A stretch of 64,000 bases of DNA from Labilithrix sp. (GCA_026128965.1 JAHCIY010000002.1:1936468-2000467); one strand, 5' to 3'. Positions 7,503 through 16,499 are shown, numbered from the stretch's first letter. Notes: generated from the letters alone by a model not told the origin. A program made the numbers and translations.

Positions 7503-9586
7503 GCGAGCCGGTCGCGCTGCCGCGCCACCGCGGGAGCGTCACGATGCTCACGTTCACCGCCGACGGCCGCGTCCTCTCGACCAGCCTCGACCGCACCGCG
7601 CAGCTGATGCTCGCCGAGACGCGGAAGCCGCTCGCGGTCTTCGAAGGCCACCTCGCCGCCGTCGCCGACGCGGCCGCGCTCGCGAACGATCGCGTCGTCA
7701 CCGCCTCGTTCGACGGCGGGGTGCGCTTCTTCGACGCGACGACGGGGCGGCTCGCGCTTCTCGCGAAGGGCCACACGAGCCGCGTGATCGCGCTCGCGGT
7801 CGCGCCCGGCCGCGAGCGCGTCGCGAGCGTGAGCGACGACGGATCGGTCCGGATCTGGGACCGCGACGGCAACGCGGGACCGGTCCTGCGCGGCCACGAC
7901 GACGGCGCGATGCGCGCGTACTTCGAGGACGACAAGGCGATCGTCACCGTGTCGCGCGCCGGGATCGTCGCGACGTGGGACGCGACGACGGGCAAGCGCA
8001 TCGAGACGAACCGGATGGCGACGCCGGAGGAGAAGGCGGAGCCGGCGCCGCCGCGCGCGCTCGAGCTCGCGAAGGGGATCGTCGCGGAGGCGCGCGACGA
8101 CGGCACCGTCCGCATCACGGAGGCGAACAGCGGGCGCGCGGTCACGCTCGGCGGCCACGACGACGCCGTCACCGTGCTCGCGATCTCCCCCGACGGCGAT
8201 CTCCTCGCCGCGGGCTCGGCCGACGGCGCGATCCTCGTGTGGCGCTGGCGCGAGGCGTGGGGCCGCGGCGACGGCGCGGCCGCGGCGACGCCGGAGCTGC
8301 CGTGCGTGTGGCGCATCTCCGCCGAGACGAAGACGCCGGACACGCGCTTCGACGGCGGCGAGCTGTGGGTCGGGCGCTCCAACGTCCTCCACGCGTACGA
8401 CGCCGAGACGGGCGAGCGCGGGAGGACGATCGAGGCGCAAGGCGACCTCGTGCACTTCGGCAAGAAGCGGCTCGTCTTCGCGCGCTTCGTCGCCGAGATG
8501 AGCGTCGTCGATCGCAAGAGCGGCAAGGCGGTGCTGACCGCGCCGCTCGAGGGCGAGCACCTCCGCGCGCGCGCCGCGCAACCGCTTGCATGGTGCACAC
8601 GTCGCGCGGGGAAACCGAACGCGCTGCGCATCGTCGATCCCGACAAACCCGACCTCGCGGAGCTCGGCCCGATGAAGGGCTCGCTCGGCGTCTTCGCGTT
8701 CCGCGCCGACGGCAAGCGCGCGGCGGTCGCGGCGGCGGAGGAGCCGCGCGCGTGGCTCTGGAACGTCGAGAGCGGCAAGCTCGTCGCGGAGGCGACGTGG
8801 GAGGGCGCGCCCGCGACGCAGCTCGCGTTCACGCACGACGGCACGCGCGTCGTCGCCGGCACGCGCGACGGCCGCGTCCACGTGCTCGACGCGACGACGG
8901 GGGAGCGCGTCCGCGAGCTCGTCCCGCCGCCGGGCGATCCCCAGCGGCAGGGCCTCGCGCCGATCCACGTGTCGCCGGCGAGCGATCGCGTCGTCGCGTG
9001 GGGCGGCGACGCAAACCACGCGATCCTCTTCGACACCACGACCGGCGCGCCGCTCCTCCGCCTCTTCGGCGAGGAGAAGTCGGGCCTCGTCGCCTCCGGG
9101 GTCGCGTTCTCGCCCGACGGCACGCGCCTCGTCGCCGCGCACGTCGCGCGCCCGAAGCTCGTGTTCTACGACCCGATCGCGGCGGTCCGCGTCGTCTCGC
9201 ACGAGGTCCATCGCTCCGGCGGCGTCGGCGTGCAGCTCCGCTTCTTCGCCGGCGGCAAGCGCATGCTCTCGTGGGCGACGCAGGCGATCGACAAGAGCCT
9301 CCGCGCGTGGGATCCGCGCACGGGCGAGCGGCTCTGGGCGAACCTCGGCCTCGGCGGCGAGGGGATCGACGCGGTCGTGCTCTCACCGAACGAGCGCTTC
9401 CTCGCGGTCACGTCGCGCGGCTGGCCGCTCGTCCGCGTCGTCGACGCCGCGACCGGCAAGACGGTCGCGGACCTCGCCGGCCACCAGGGCTACGTGCCGC
9501 CGCCGAGCTTCGCCGCCGACGAGACGCTCCTCGCGACGAGCTCCTACGAAGGCGACGTGCAGGTCTGGGAGCTGCCTTCGGGTTAA
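7499..9586 (+). CDS. WD40/beta-propeller repeat protein
   Basis: About 695 aa with repeated ...GH.D.V....SPDG..LA.GS.DG.VR.WD... units. Its GTG start overlaps the SMI1 stop (GTGA). The alternative ATG (MLTFTADGR) is 45 nt downstream. Confidence 0.8.
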   Translation: MSEPVALPRHRGSVTMLTFTADGRVLSTSLDRTAQLMLAETRKPLAVFEGHLAAVADAAALANDRVVTASFDGGVRFFDATTGRLALLAKGHTSRVIALAVAPGRERVASVSDDGSVRIWDRDGNAGPVLRGHDDGAMRAYFEDDKAIVTVSRAGIVATWDATTGKRIETNRMATPEEKAEPAPPRALELAKGIVAEARDDGTVRITEANSGRAVTLGGHDDAVTVLAISPDGDLLAAGSADGAILVWRWREAWGRGDGAAAATPELPCVWRISAETKTPDTRFDGGELWVGRSNVLHAYDAETGERGRTIEAQGDLVHFGKKRLVFARFVAEMSVVDRKSGKAVLTAPLEGEHLRARAAQPLAWCTRRAGKPNALRIVDPDKPDLAELGPMKGSLGVFAFRADGKRAAVAAAEEPRAWLWNVESGKLVAEATWEGAPATQLAFTHDGTRVVAGTRDGRVHVLDATTGERVRELVPPPGDPQRQGLAPIHVSPASDRVVAWGGDANHAILFDTTTGAPLLRLFGEEKSGLVASGVAFSPDGTRLVAAHVARPKLVFYDPIAAVRVVSHEVHRSGGVGVQLRFFAGGKRMLSWATQAIDKSLRAWDPRTGERLWANLGLGGEGIDAVVLSPNERFLAVTSRGWPLVRVVDAATGKTVADLAGHQGYVPPPSFAADETLLATSSYEGDVQVWELPSG

Positions 9587-10335
9587 GCCGTCGCGAGGCA
9601 GAAGTGGACGCGCGCGCCGGAGCGGTGCTCGGGGCGCGCGAGGCAGGCGAGGAAGTCCCGCGCGACCGCGTCGAAGCGATCGCCCGCGAAGTCCTTCAGC
9701 GTCACCATGCGATCGAGGCGCGACTGCCAGGCCTCGAGCACGTCCGGCGCGGCGGGGCCGGAGAACGAGAGCTCCGCGTCGCCGAGCGATCGCTCCTCCG
9801 CCGGCGTGAAGCCGATCGCCTCGAGCGTCGGGGCGAGCTTCTTGCCCATGCGGAAGTCGTAGCGCTTCGCGCGGAGGGCGTCGTCCGCGTACGCGTCGAG
9901 GATCGCGCGCGTCTCCTCCGCGAGCGGCGTGTGCGCGAAGAGGTCGTCGACCTCGGTGAGCGCGATGAAGCCGCCCGGCGCGAGGCACGCGATCCAGCTC
10001 TTCAGCGCCGGCTCGAGGTCGACGAAGTACGCGGCGGTGAAGCTGCACCACACGCCGTCGATCGGCTCGCCGAGGTCGGGCAGCGCGCGGAGATCGTGCT
10101 GGCGGAACTCGGCGCGCTCGGGCGGCAGGCCGCGTGCGCGCGCGACCTTCAAGAGGTCCGCGTTCGCGTCGACGCCGATGACGCGCGCGCCGTGGGCGAC
10201 GAGCTCCGCCGCCTGATCGCCGATCGCGCAGCCCACGTCGAGGACCGTCTTCCCCTCGAGGGAGGGGAGGGCCGCGAACGCGGTCGGCCAGTCGCGCCAC
10301 GCCGCCTGGCGGCGATAATCGTTGGCGAGGCTCAT
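9583..10335 (-). CDS. Class I SAM-dependent methyltransferase
   Basis: 250 aa, starting MSLANDYRRQAAWRDWPTAFAALPSLEGKTVLDVGCAIGDQAAELVAHGARVIGVDANADLL. This contains SAM-binding motif I (VLDVGCG-like) and motif II. Its start overlaps the stop of the upstream gene (ATGA). Confidence 0.8.
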   Translation of the reverse strand: MSLANDYRRQAAWRDWPTAFAALPSLEGKTVLDVGCAIGDQAAELVAHGARVIGVDANADLLKVARARGLPPERAEFRQHDLRALPDLGEPIDGVWCSFTAAYFVDLEPALKSWIACLAPGGFIALTEVDDLFAHTPLAEETRAILDAYADDALRAKRYDFRMGKKLAPTLEAIGFTPAEERSLGDAELSFSGPAAPDVLEAWQSRLDRMVTLKDFAGDRFDAVARDFLACLARPEHRSGARVHFCLATA

Positions 10336-11402
10336 GCGGGCGGAGGTACCAGGATCGCGTGGTTCTGCAGGACGAGGAGGAGGTCGTCCGCGATCACGAG
10401 GTCGTTGTCGCGATCGAGCCGCGCGCGCGTCTCGGCCAGCGTCTCCTCCGGCTTGAATTCGCCGAGCACCGCCCAGAGCTCCGGCGTCAGGCTCATCGGA
10501 TCGTACGCGCTGTACGTCGTGACGCCCATCGCGCCGCCGGGGAGCGGACGCGCGACGAGGTTCGGGTTGGGGACGAGACGCTCGGCGAGGCGCGGCGCCG
10601 TGATCGCGTCGAGCTTCGTCGCGACGTCCCGCGCGAGCTCCTCGCTCCGCGGCTCCTCCGCGAGGAGACGATCCATCTCGTCTCGCGTGACGGAGCGCAC
10701 GACGTCGAAGGTGCGGAGGTAGAAGTCCTCCTCGCGTCCCGCCCACTCGCCCCAGCAGGCGGCGTAGTCGATCTCGCTCGGCGCGCGGTCCTCGAGGTCC
10801 TCGAGCGTGAGCTTCATCCGCGGGAAGTCCGGCTCCGCCGCGCCGGGGAACACCGCGCGCGCCGCGTGCCGCGCGAGCACGACCTCCACGTGGGCGGTGA
10901 ATCGTTTGTGCGCGGTCCAGAACGCGTGCCCGGCCGCGCCCGCGTCGTGCTTGCAGAAGAAGGTGGAGCACACCGCCTCGCGATGACGCCAGATCGAGCA
11001 GAGCCCTCCTCCTTCCTCCACGAAGTAGGGACAGAGCAGGACCTTCGAGCGCCCGAAGCTCGTGGTGCGCGCGGCGTCGAGGAGCACGCGGTGCTTCCGC
11101 GGCGGCGCCACCCACTGCGGCGTGATCCCGATCCGCGACGCGATGCGGGCGCGCATCCGGCGCTGCCCCTCCGCCATGTCGGGGTCGGCGAGCACCGCGC
11201 CGGCGAGGAAGTTCGGCAACGTCGGGTGATAGGTGCAGCACTTCAGGTTCGGCTGGAACGCGATCGTGCCCGGCGCCTCCGAGCGCGAGCACATCGCGCA
11301 GTCGCTGCACGTCGCGCGGCGCTCCTCGACGTTCGGTCGGTCGTAGACCGCCGGGAACAGGCGCCGGTGCGCCTCCGGGAGCGTCTCGCGGATCGTCGTC
11401 AT
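10332..11402 (-). CDS. YkgJ-family cysteine-cluster protein (putative Zn/Fe-binding CxxCxxC...CC domain)
   Basis: 356 aa, starting MTTIRETLPEAHRRLF. It contains TCSDCAMCS...KCCTYHP and later LLCPYFVEEGGGLCSIWRHREAVCSTFFC. The second stretch matches the YkgJ/FliB-family motif C.FL..G.CsIY..RP.vC. The C-terminal ~170 aa has no recognisable domain. Confidence 0.65.
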   Translation of the reverse strand: MTTIRETLPEAHRRLFPAVYDRPNVEERRATCSDCAMCSRSEAPGTIAFQPNLKCCTYHPTLPNFLAGAVLADPDMAEGQRRMRARIASRIGITPQWVAPPRKHRVLLDAARTTSFGRSKVLLCPYFVEEGGGLCSIWRHREAVCSTFFCKHDAGAAGHAFWTAHKRFTAHVEVVLARHAARAVFPGAAEPDFPRMKLTLEDLEDRAPSEIDYAACWGEWAGREEDFYLRTFDVVRSVTRDEMDRLLAEEPRSEELARDVATKLDAITAPRLAERLVPNPNLVARPLPGGAMGVTTYSAYDPMSLTPELWAVLGEFKPEETLAETRARLDRDNDLVIADDLLLVLQNHAILVPPPA

Positions 11403-11441
11403 TCGTGGCCACGCGGACGGTACTCGAGTACGACGCTCCGC

Positions 11442-12800
11442 GTGAAGGAGTTCATCGAGGCTTTCAAGGCGCTCCGCCACGCGCCGCTCGCGTTCTGGCT
11501 GTGCGTCTTCGCGTTCACCTTCGACGGCATGGCCTACTTCGGCGTGCTGCCGCTGATGAAGCCGTTCCTCGGGCAGGACCTCCTCATCAAGCCGGAGTAC
11601 GCGAGCATCTGGGTCTCGTGCTTCACCGGCTCGCTCACGATCGCGATGCTCCTCGTCGGCGCGAGCGAACGTGTCCTCGGCATCCGGAAGAGCCTCATCC
11701 TCGCGCTCACGCTCTCGACGCTCGGCCGCGTCGTCTACTCGTCGTCGCCGTTCTTCGGCGGCCTCTTCGGGCTCGCGGTCTCGCTCGTCATCATCGCCAC
11801 CGGCGAGGCGACGGTGCAGGTCATCTGCTACGCGGGCGTGAAGCGCTACACGACCGAGAAGACCAGCTCGATGGGCTACGCGCTCCTCTACGCGGGCCTC
11901 AACTTCGGCGCGATGCTCACCGGGCCGCTCTCGGCGAAGGTCCGCACGACGCAGGACGTCGCCTACAAGGCGGGCACGAGCGCGCTCTCCGGCTTCAACG
12001 CGGTGAACTGGGTCTGCACCGGCATCACCGCCGCGACGCTCCTCGTCTTCTTCCTCTTCATGTCGAAGAAGGTGGAGGCGAACGTCGCGCGCGGGACGGA
12101 CGAGCCGAAGGAGAAGGCGATCGCGGGGGACCGCGGGAGCGCCAAAGAGCCGCCCGCGAAGCCGGCCGGCAAGAGCCCGTTCAAGGACCCGCGCTTCCTC
12201 TTCTTCATCTTCGCGCTCCTCCCCGTGCGCACGCTCTTCGCGCACCAGTGGCTGACGATGCCGGAGTACGTGCTCCGCTCGTACTCGCAAGACGTCGCCG
12301 ATCACATGGAGGTGTTCGTCGACTCGGTGAACCCGCTCGTCATCTTCTTCGGCGTCCCCACCATCGCCGCGCTGACGAAGAAGCGCCACGTCCTCTCGAT
12401 GATGATCGTCGGCTCGCTCGTCAGCGCGTCCGCGACCTTCATCCTCTGCGCCGGCGAGCACGTCACGCTCCTCCTCCTCTACTTCGTCGTCTTCTCGATC
12501 GGCGAGGCGATCTGGTCGTCGCGCTTCCTCGAGTACGCGGCGGAGATCGCGCCGGAGGGCCGCGTCGCGCAGTACATGGGCGTCGCGAACCTGCCCTGGT
12601 TCGTCGCGAAGACGACGACCGGCTTCTACTCCGGCTTCATCCTCGAGAAGTTCGTCCCGAAGGACGGCGCGAAGAGCGGCCCGACGATGTGGCTGATCTA
12701 CGGAGCGATCGCGATGCTCAGCCCGCTCGCGCTCACCACCGCGCGGAAGTGGCTCCGCGCCGGAATGGTGGTCAAGGCGCCCGCGGCGGAGCCGTCGTGA
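11442..12800 (+). CDS. MFS transporter
   Basis: About 452 aa. A GTG start gives MKEFIEAFKALRHAPLAFWLCVFAFTFDGMAYFGVLPLMKPFLGQDL. I count 12 predicted TM helices and a hydrophilic central loop (KEKAIAGDRGSAKEPPAKPAGKSPF). The start is not certain (ATG at MAYFG is possible). Confidence 0.8.
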   Translation: MKEFIEAFKALRHAPLAFWLCVFAFTFDGMAYFGVLPLMKPFLGQDLLIKPEYASIWVSCFTGSLTIAMLLVGASERVLGIRKSLILALTLSTLGRVVYSSSPFFGGLFGLAVSLVIIATGEATVQVICYAGVKRYTTEKTSSMGYALLYAGLNFGAMLTGPLSAKVRTTQDVAYKAGTSALSGFNAVNWVCTGITAATLLVFFLFMSKKVEANVARGTDEPKEKAIAGDRGSAKEPPAKPAGKSPFKDPRFLFFIFALLPVRTLFAHQWLTMPEYVLRSYSQDVADHMEVFVDSVNPLVIFFGVPTIAALTKKRHVLSMMIVGSLVSASATFILCAGEHVTLLLLYFVVFSIGEAIWSSRFLEYAAEIAPEGRVAQYMGVANLPWFVAKTTTGFYSGFILEKFVPKDGAKSGPTMWLIYGAIAMLSPLALTTARKWLRAGMVVKAPAAEPS

Positions 12801-12820
12801 CGGCGTCTCGCCGCTCCCGC

Positions 12821-13705
12821 TCAGCGGCGCTTCGTGCGCTTCGGGCGGGCGGCGACGACGTCGGCGGCGCGTGAAGCGGTCGCGGCGGCGCGGAGCCAGC
12901 GCTCGAGCGTCTCGATGTTCGTCTCGGCGGCGAGCGACGCCTCGATCGCGCGCGCGTCGACGCCGCGGGCTTCGAGCACGGCGAGGATGCTCGTCCGCAG
13001 CGCGTCGATGCGGCCCTCCTCGCGGCCTTCCTCGCGGCCTTCTTCGCGGCCTTCCTCGCGTCCTTCTTCGCGCCCTTCCTCGCGTCCCTCTTCGCGGCCT
13101 TCCTCGCGTCCTTTCGCCTCGACCGCGTCGAGGCTCTCGAATCCCTTGCGCTGCAGCAGGTTCCGGAGCGTGGCTTCGTGCGCGGCGTCGCGGTCGTAGA
13201 GCACCGCGAGCGGGACGGGGTTCTCCAGGATGCCGGGCGCGGTCAGGACGCCGTCGCCCTTCACGACGCGCATCTTGCGGTCCTTCTCGTAGACCTCGAC
13301 GCGGCGCGCGCCCTCGAGGCGGACGACCCAGACGAGCTTCGTCCCCGCGTCGAGCAGCTCGTAGATCTTCGCCTGGAGCTCTTTCTCGTCTTGTCCGACG
13401 TCCGCGTATTCGACGGCCAAGGGCGGCGCCGTCCTTGCCCATCCCTTCTCGTCCGCGATCGGCCCCACCGCGACGTCCGGCGCGCGGAGCATGCCCGGCT
13501 CGGTCGACACGCCGAGGTCGACGCCCGCGGCCTCGACCTTCGGATCCGTCTCCAGCGCCGCGCCGCCCACGAGGTTCCGCGTGCTGCCGCGCTGGCCCGT
13601 CGGCAGGCACTGCACCGGATGCCCGTTCGACAGCTCGTACGGATCGCCGGAGCGGATCTGGCTCGCGACGAAGGGGCCGCGGCCCGAGAGCTTCTGCGTC
13701 CTCAT
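12821..13705 (-). CDS. Uma2-family (DUF820) putative restriction-endonuclease-like protein with an internal (GREE)8 repeat
   Basis: The protein reads MRTQKLSGRGPFVASQIRSGDPYELSNGHPVQCLPTGQ...PDVAVGPIADEKGW...VEYADVGQDEKELQAKIYELLDAGTKLVWVV, which are the Uma2 core motifs. It is followed by GREEGREEGREEGREEGREEGREEGREEGREEGR. The longer track ORF, which runs to 13777, has a junk N-terminus. Confidence 0.7.
   Translation of the reverse strand: MRTQKLSGRGPFVASQIRSGDPYELSNGHPVQCLPTGQRGSTRNLVGGAALETDPKVEAAGVDLGVSTEPGMLRAPDVAVGPIADEKGWARTAPPLAVEYADVGQDEKELQAKIYELLDAGTKLVWVVRLEGARRVEVYEKDRKMRVVKGDGVLTAPGILENPVPLAVLYDRDAAHEATLRNLLQRKGFESLDAVEAKGREEGREEGREEGREEGREEGREEGREEGREEGRIDALRTSILAVLEARGVDARAIEASLAAETNIETLERWLRAAATASRAADVVAARPKRTKRR
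13010..13115. repeat. Imperfect 12-bp tandem repeat (~8.5 copies, ggccttc[ct]tcgcg units). It encodes (GREE)n inside the Uma2 gene.
   Basis: I saw the repeated units cctcgcggccttcttcgcggccttcctcgcgtccttcttcgcgccc... directly in the sequence. Confidence 0.8.
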
Positions 13706-13836
13706 CCTACGAACCGTAGCAGACCCCGCGCCGGCCGGCCGGCGCCGCCTCCGGCCCGGCGGGCGACGGATCCCCATATTTCCCTGCGAATCGGCGGTAT
13801 CGACGTGCGCAACGCGTTCTGAGATACTCGCGAGCC

Positions 13837-14343
13837 ATGAGCACGTCCGTCGTCATCGAGACAGACCTTGGGGATATCGAAGTCGAGCTGGCGGATGACA
13901 AGGCGCCGAAGTCCGTCGCCAACTTCCTCCAGTACGTCGAGTCCGGCCACTACGAGGGCACCATCTTCCACCGCGTCATCCCGGGCTTCATGGCCCAGGG
14001 CGGCGGTTACGACGAGAAGCTCGAGAAGAAGCCGGTGAAGGATCCGGTGGAGAACGAGGCCGACAACGGTCTCAAGAACGAGCGCGGCACCGTCGCGATG
14101 GCGCGGACGAGCGCGCCGAACTCGGCGACGGCGCAGTTCTTCATCAACGTGAAGGACAACGGCTTCCTCGATCACACCGGCAAGAACGACACCGGCTGGG
14201 GCTACGCCGTCTTCGGCAAGGTCACCTCCGGCATGGACGTCGTCGACAAGATCGTCGGCGTGAAGACGGGCGCGAAGGGCCCCTTCACGAAGGACGCGCC
14301 GGAAGAGAACATCAAGATCAAGAGCGTGAAGAAGAAGGAGTGA
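13837..14343 (+). CDS. ppiB: Peptidyl-prolyl cis-trans isomerase, cyclophilin type
   Basis: 168 aa: ...HYEGTIFHRVIPGFMAQGGG...NERGTVAMARTSAPNSATAQFFINV... These are the canonical cyclophilin motifs. Confidence 0.9.
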   Translation: MSTSVVIETDLGDIEVELADDKAPKSVANFLQYVESGHYEGTIFHRVIPGFMAQGGGYDEKLEKKPVKDPVENEADNGLKNERGTVAMARTSAPNSATAQFFINVKDNGFLDHTGKNDTGWGYAVFGKVTSGMDVVDKIVGVKTGAKGPFTKDAPEENIKIKSVKKKE

Positions 14344-14900
14344 AGCCTCCGGCGCGGACGGCACGGCGGATCGCGCTCGTCCTCTCCGCCCTCGCGGTGC
14401 TCGTCTCCGTCGGTTGCGGGGTCGCGGCGCGGCACGCGTTCGCGATGCGCGGCGTGGTCGAGTCGGACCCCGAGGCGCTCGTGGGGCCTCTCCTCTGGTT
14501 CCTCGTCCTGCTCCTCGTCGCGCTCCTCCTCCGGATGGGCGCGGCGGTGTGCGAGCTCCTGTGGCTCGAGCGCACGTGGTCGAACCTGCCGCTCGAGCTG
14601 CGGAAGGTCGGGCCGATCGAGAAGGTCGAGCCGATCGTGCTCATCGGCGTGAGCCTCGTCCCCGGCGTCGCGTGGATCTGGAAGCTCGGCGTCATCGACG
14701 CGGTCGCGCGCGGCTTCGAGGCGATCCGCGCGCGCGTCCCGTTCACCGCGCCGGTCCCGCGCCGCCTCGGCGTGGCGGCCGTCGTCGTCGGCTGGGTGCC
14801 CGGTCTGAACGTGTATGTTGCACCCTTCTTGTGGGAGGTCTTCGCGACGCGGATCGATCGCTGCGTCAGTGAGATCGAAGCGCGACGCGCTCCGGCGTGA
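14340..14900 (+). CDS. Hypothetical membrane protein
   Basis: 186 aa. Its GTG start overlaps the ppiB stop (GTGA). It has several hydrophobic helices with Trp/Lys caps (LLWFLVLLLVALLL, IVLIGVSLVPGVAWIWKLGVI). Its composition is unlike the antisense junk. Confidence 0.5.
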   Translation: MKPPARTARRIALVLSALAVLVSVGCGVAARHAFAMRGVVESDPEALVGPLLWFLVLLLVALLLRMGAAVCELLWLERTWSNLPLELRKVGPIEKVEPIVLIGVSLVPGVAWIWKLGVIDAVARGFEAIRARVPFTAPVPRRLGVAAVVVGWVPGLNVYVAPFLWEVFATRIDRCVSEIEARRAPA

Positions 14901-15717
14901 ACGCGGGCTCGTCGAGCGCGAGCTCCTCGTCGTCGATCGCGACGCGGTAGCGCGCGGTGGGCTCCTCGGCGCCGACGCGCATCGCCGGCGCCGGCTTCTC
15001 CTGTCCGAAGCCCTTCCGCGCGAGGAGGATCGGGAGGAGGTGGAGCGAGAGCATCGGGAGCGCGATGAACGGGAGGAGGACGTTCCAGCCCATCGGCGCG
15101 AAGACCGCGGCGACGAGGAGGACGATGCCCGTCGCGGCGCCGAGGAAGATCCCCCACGACCGCATGCGGACGACGCCGATCGCGGACGCGAGGAGGGCGA
15201 GCGTGAGCCCGGCGAACGGGACGCTGAGCGCGAGATCGAGCTTGCTCGAGGCCCCCGCGAGCTCGAGCGCGATGCCGCCGGTGAGGAACGCGGTGGCCGC
15301 GGTCGCGGTGGAGCCGGCGAGGAGGAGCCGGCGATAGGCCTTGGGCGCGAAGCTCGCGAGCGCCTCCTTCGTGCGGAGCATCGGGGCCGAGAGCGCGAGG
15401 GCGGTCGCGGTCGTCGCCGTGAGCGCGGTCTCGGTGAAATCGGGGATGTGGTGGCGGATGAAGATCTGCGCGAGGAACACGATCGCCATCGGGAAGAGCG
15501 TGACCCACGCCGCGCCGCGGGACAGCACCTGCGCGACGAGCGATCGCCGCGTGATGCCGAGCGCGCTCACGCCGAGGACCCCGGCGAAGGCGAGCGGGAG
15601 CCACTCGACGTGCCAGTGCCGGAGCGACTCCCACGCGACGACGCCGGCCGCGCCGAGCATGGAGGCCGCAGCGACGGCCTTCCGCTTCACCGAGATCCCA
15701 TCGCCTGCGGTCCGCAC
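14866..15717 (-). CDS. Hypothetical polytopic membrane protein
   Basis: 283 aa and rich in Phe/Ile/Met/Trp/His (FPMAIVFLAQIFIRHHIPDF, FLGAATGIVLLVAAVFAPMGWNVLLPFIALPMLSLHLLPILLARKGF). Its 3' end overlaps the convergent membrane-protein gene by about 35 nt. Confidence 0.5.
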   Translation of the reverse strand: MRTAGDGISVKRKAVAAASMLGAAGVVAWESLRHWHVEWLPLAFAGVLGVSALGITRRSLVAQVLSRGAAWVTLFPMAIVFLAQIFIRHHIPDFTETALTATTATALALSAPMLRTKEALASFAPKAYRRLLLAGSTATAATAFLTGGIALELAGASSKLDLALSVPFAGLTLALLASAIGVVRMRSWGIFLGAATGIVLLVAAVFAPMGWNVLLPFIALPMLSLHLLPILLARKGFGQEKPAPAMRVGAEEPTARYRVAIDDEELALDEPAFTPERVALRSH

Positions 15718-15832
15718 CTCTGCTCCGACGAACGAGCGCGCGCGGATGTTCCAGATCCCGAGAAATGAAATCGATTTCGGTCACGCGCGCGCGTTGAACA
15801 CCATCGCGAAAAGGAGTACATGCGCCTACACG

Positions 15833-16495
15833 ATGGCGACCCAGCTCGTGCTCGACGCGCCCGTGAAGCCTCTCCTTCGCGGGGTTTCCCATCAGATCTC
15901 GTTCTTCTGCGCGATCGCGGCGACGGCCGCCCTCGTGCTGCGGGCGAAGCCGGGTCCGGCGACGGCGGTGGCCTTCGTCTTCGGGGCCACCCTCGTCAAC
16001 CTGTTCGGGACGAGCGCGCTCTACCACCGGGTCGACTGGTCGACGCGCGCGCGCAAGCGCATGCGGCGCCTCGATCACGCGGCCATCTTCGTCCTCATCG
16101 CGGGCGGGTACACGCCGATCTTCGGGCTCGTCCCGTCGCAGGCGGGCGGGCACGGCGCGCTCTACGCGATCTGGATCGGCGCGGGCCTCGGCGCCTTCAA
16201 GTCGCTGCTCTGGCCGGACGCGCCGAAGTGGGTGACGGCGCTCCTCTGCGTCGGGCTCGGCTGGATGGTGACGGGGCAGGTCATCGATCGCGCGTCCGCG
16301 GTGGGCACGCTCACGGTGGGGCTCCTCATCGCGAGCGGCGTGACCTACAGCCTCGGCGCCCTCGTCTACGCGCTGAAGCGCCCGAACCCGTTCCCGAAGG
16401 TCTTCGGGTACCACGAGGTCTTCCACGCGATCGTCATCGCCGCGAGCGTGTGCCTCTTCGCGCACGTCGTGATGGTGATGCGCGCGGTCGGCTGA
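15833..16495 (+). CDS. Hemolysin-III / PAQR family membrane protein
   Basis: 220 aa, starting MATQLVLDAPVKPLLRGVSHQISFF. It has the ...LDHAAIFVLIAGGYTP... and ...GYHEVFH... motifs and seven TM helices. Confidence 0.85.
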   Translation: MATQLVLDAPVKPLLRGVSHQISFFCAIAATAALVLRAKPGPATAVAFVFGATLVNLFGTSALYHRVDWSTRARKRMRRLDHAAIFVLIAGGYTPIFGLVPSQAGGHGALYAIWIGAGLGAFKSLLWPDAPKWVTALLCVGLGWMVTGQVIDRASAVGTLTVGLLIASGVTYSLGALVYALKRPNPFPKVFGYHEVFHAIVIAASVCLFAHVVMVMRAVG

Positions 16496-16499
16496 GCGC

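Noticed and set aside
13706-13777. The N-terminal extension MGIRRPPGRRRRRPAGAGSATVRR of the Uma2 ORF
   Set aside because: The extension is poly-Arg junk. Uma2 proteins begin near the conserved F/Y..SGD.YEL motif, which directly follows the downstream Met.
15811-15835. A strong AAGGAG ribosome-binding site followed 3 nt later by an ATG that opens the ORF 15820..16533
   Set aside because: The 3-nt spacing is too short, and the resulting translation is Arg/Gly/Asp-rich junk. The hemolysin-III frame starting at 15833 gives the conserved PAQR motifs instead.
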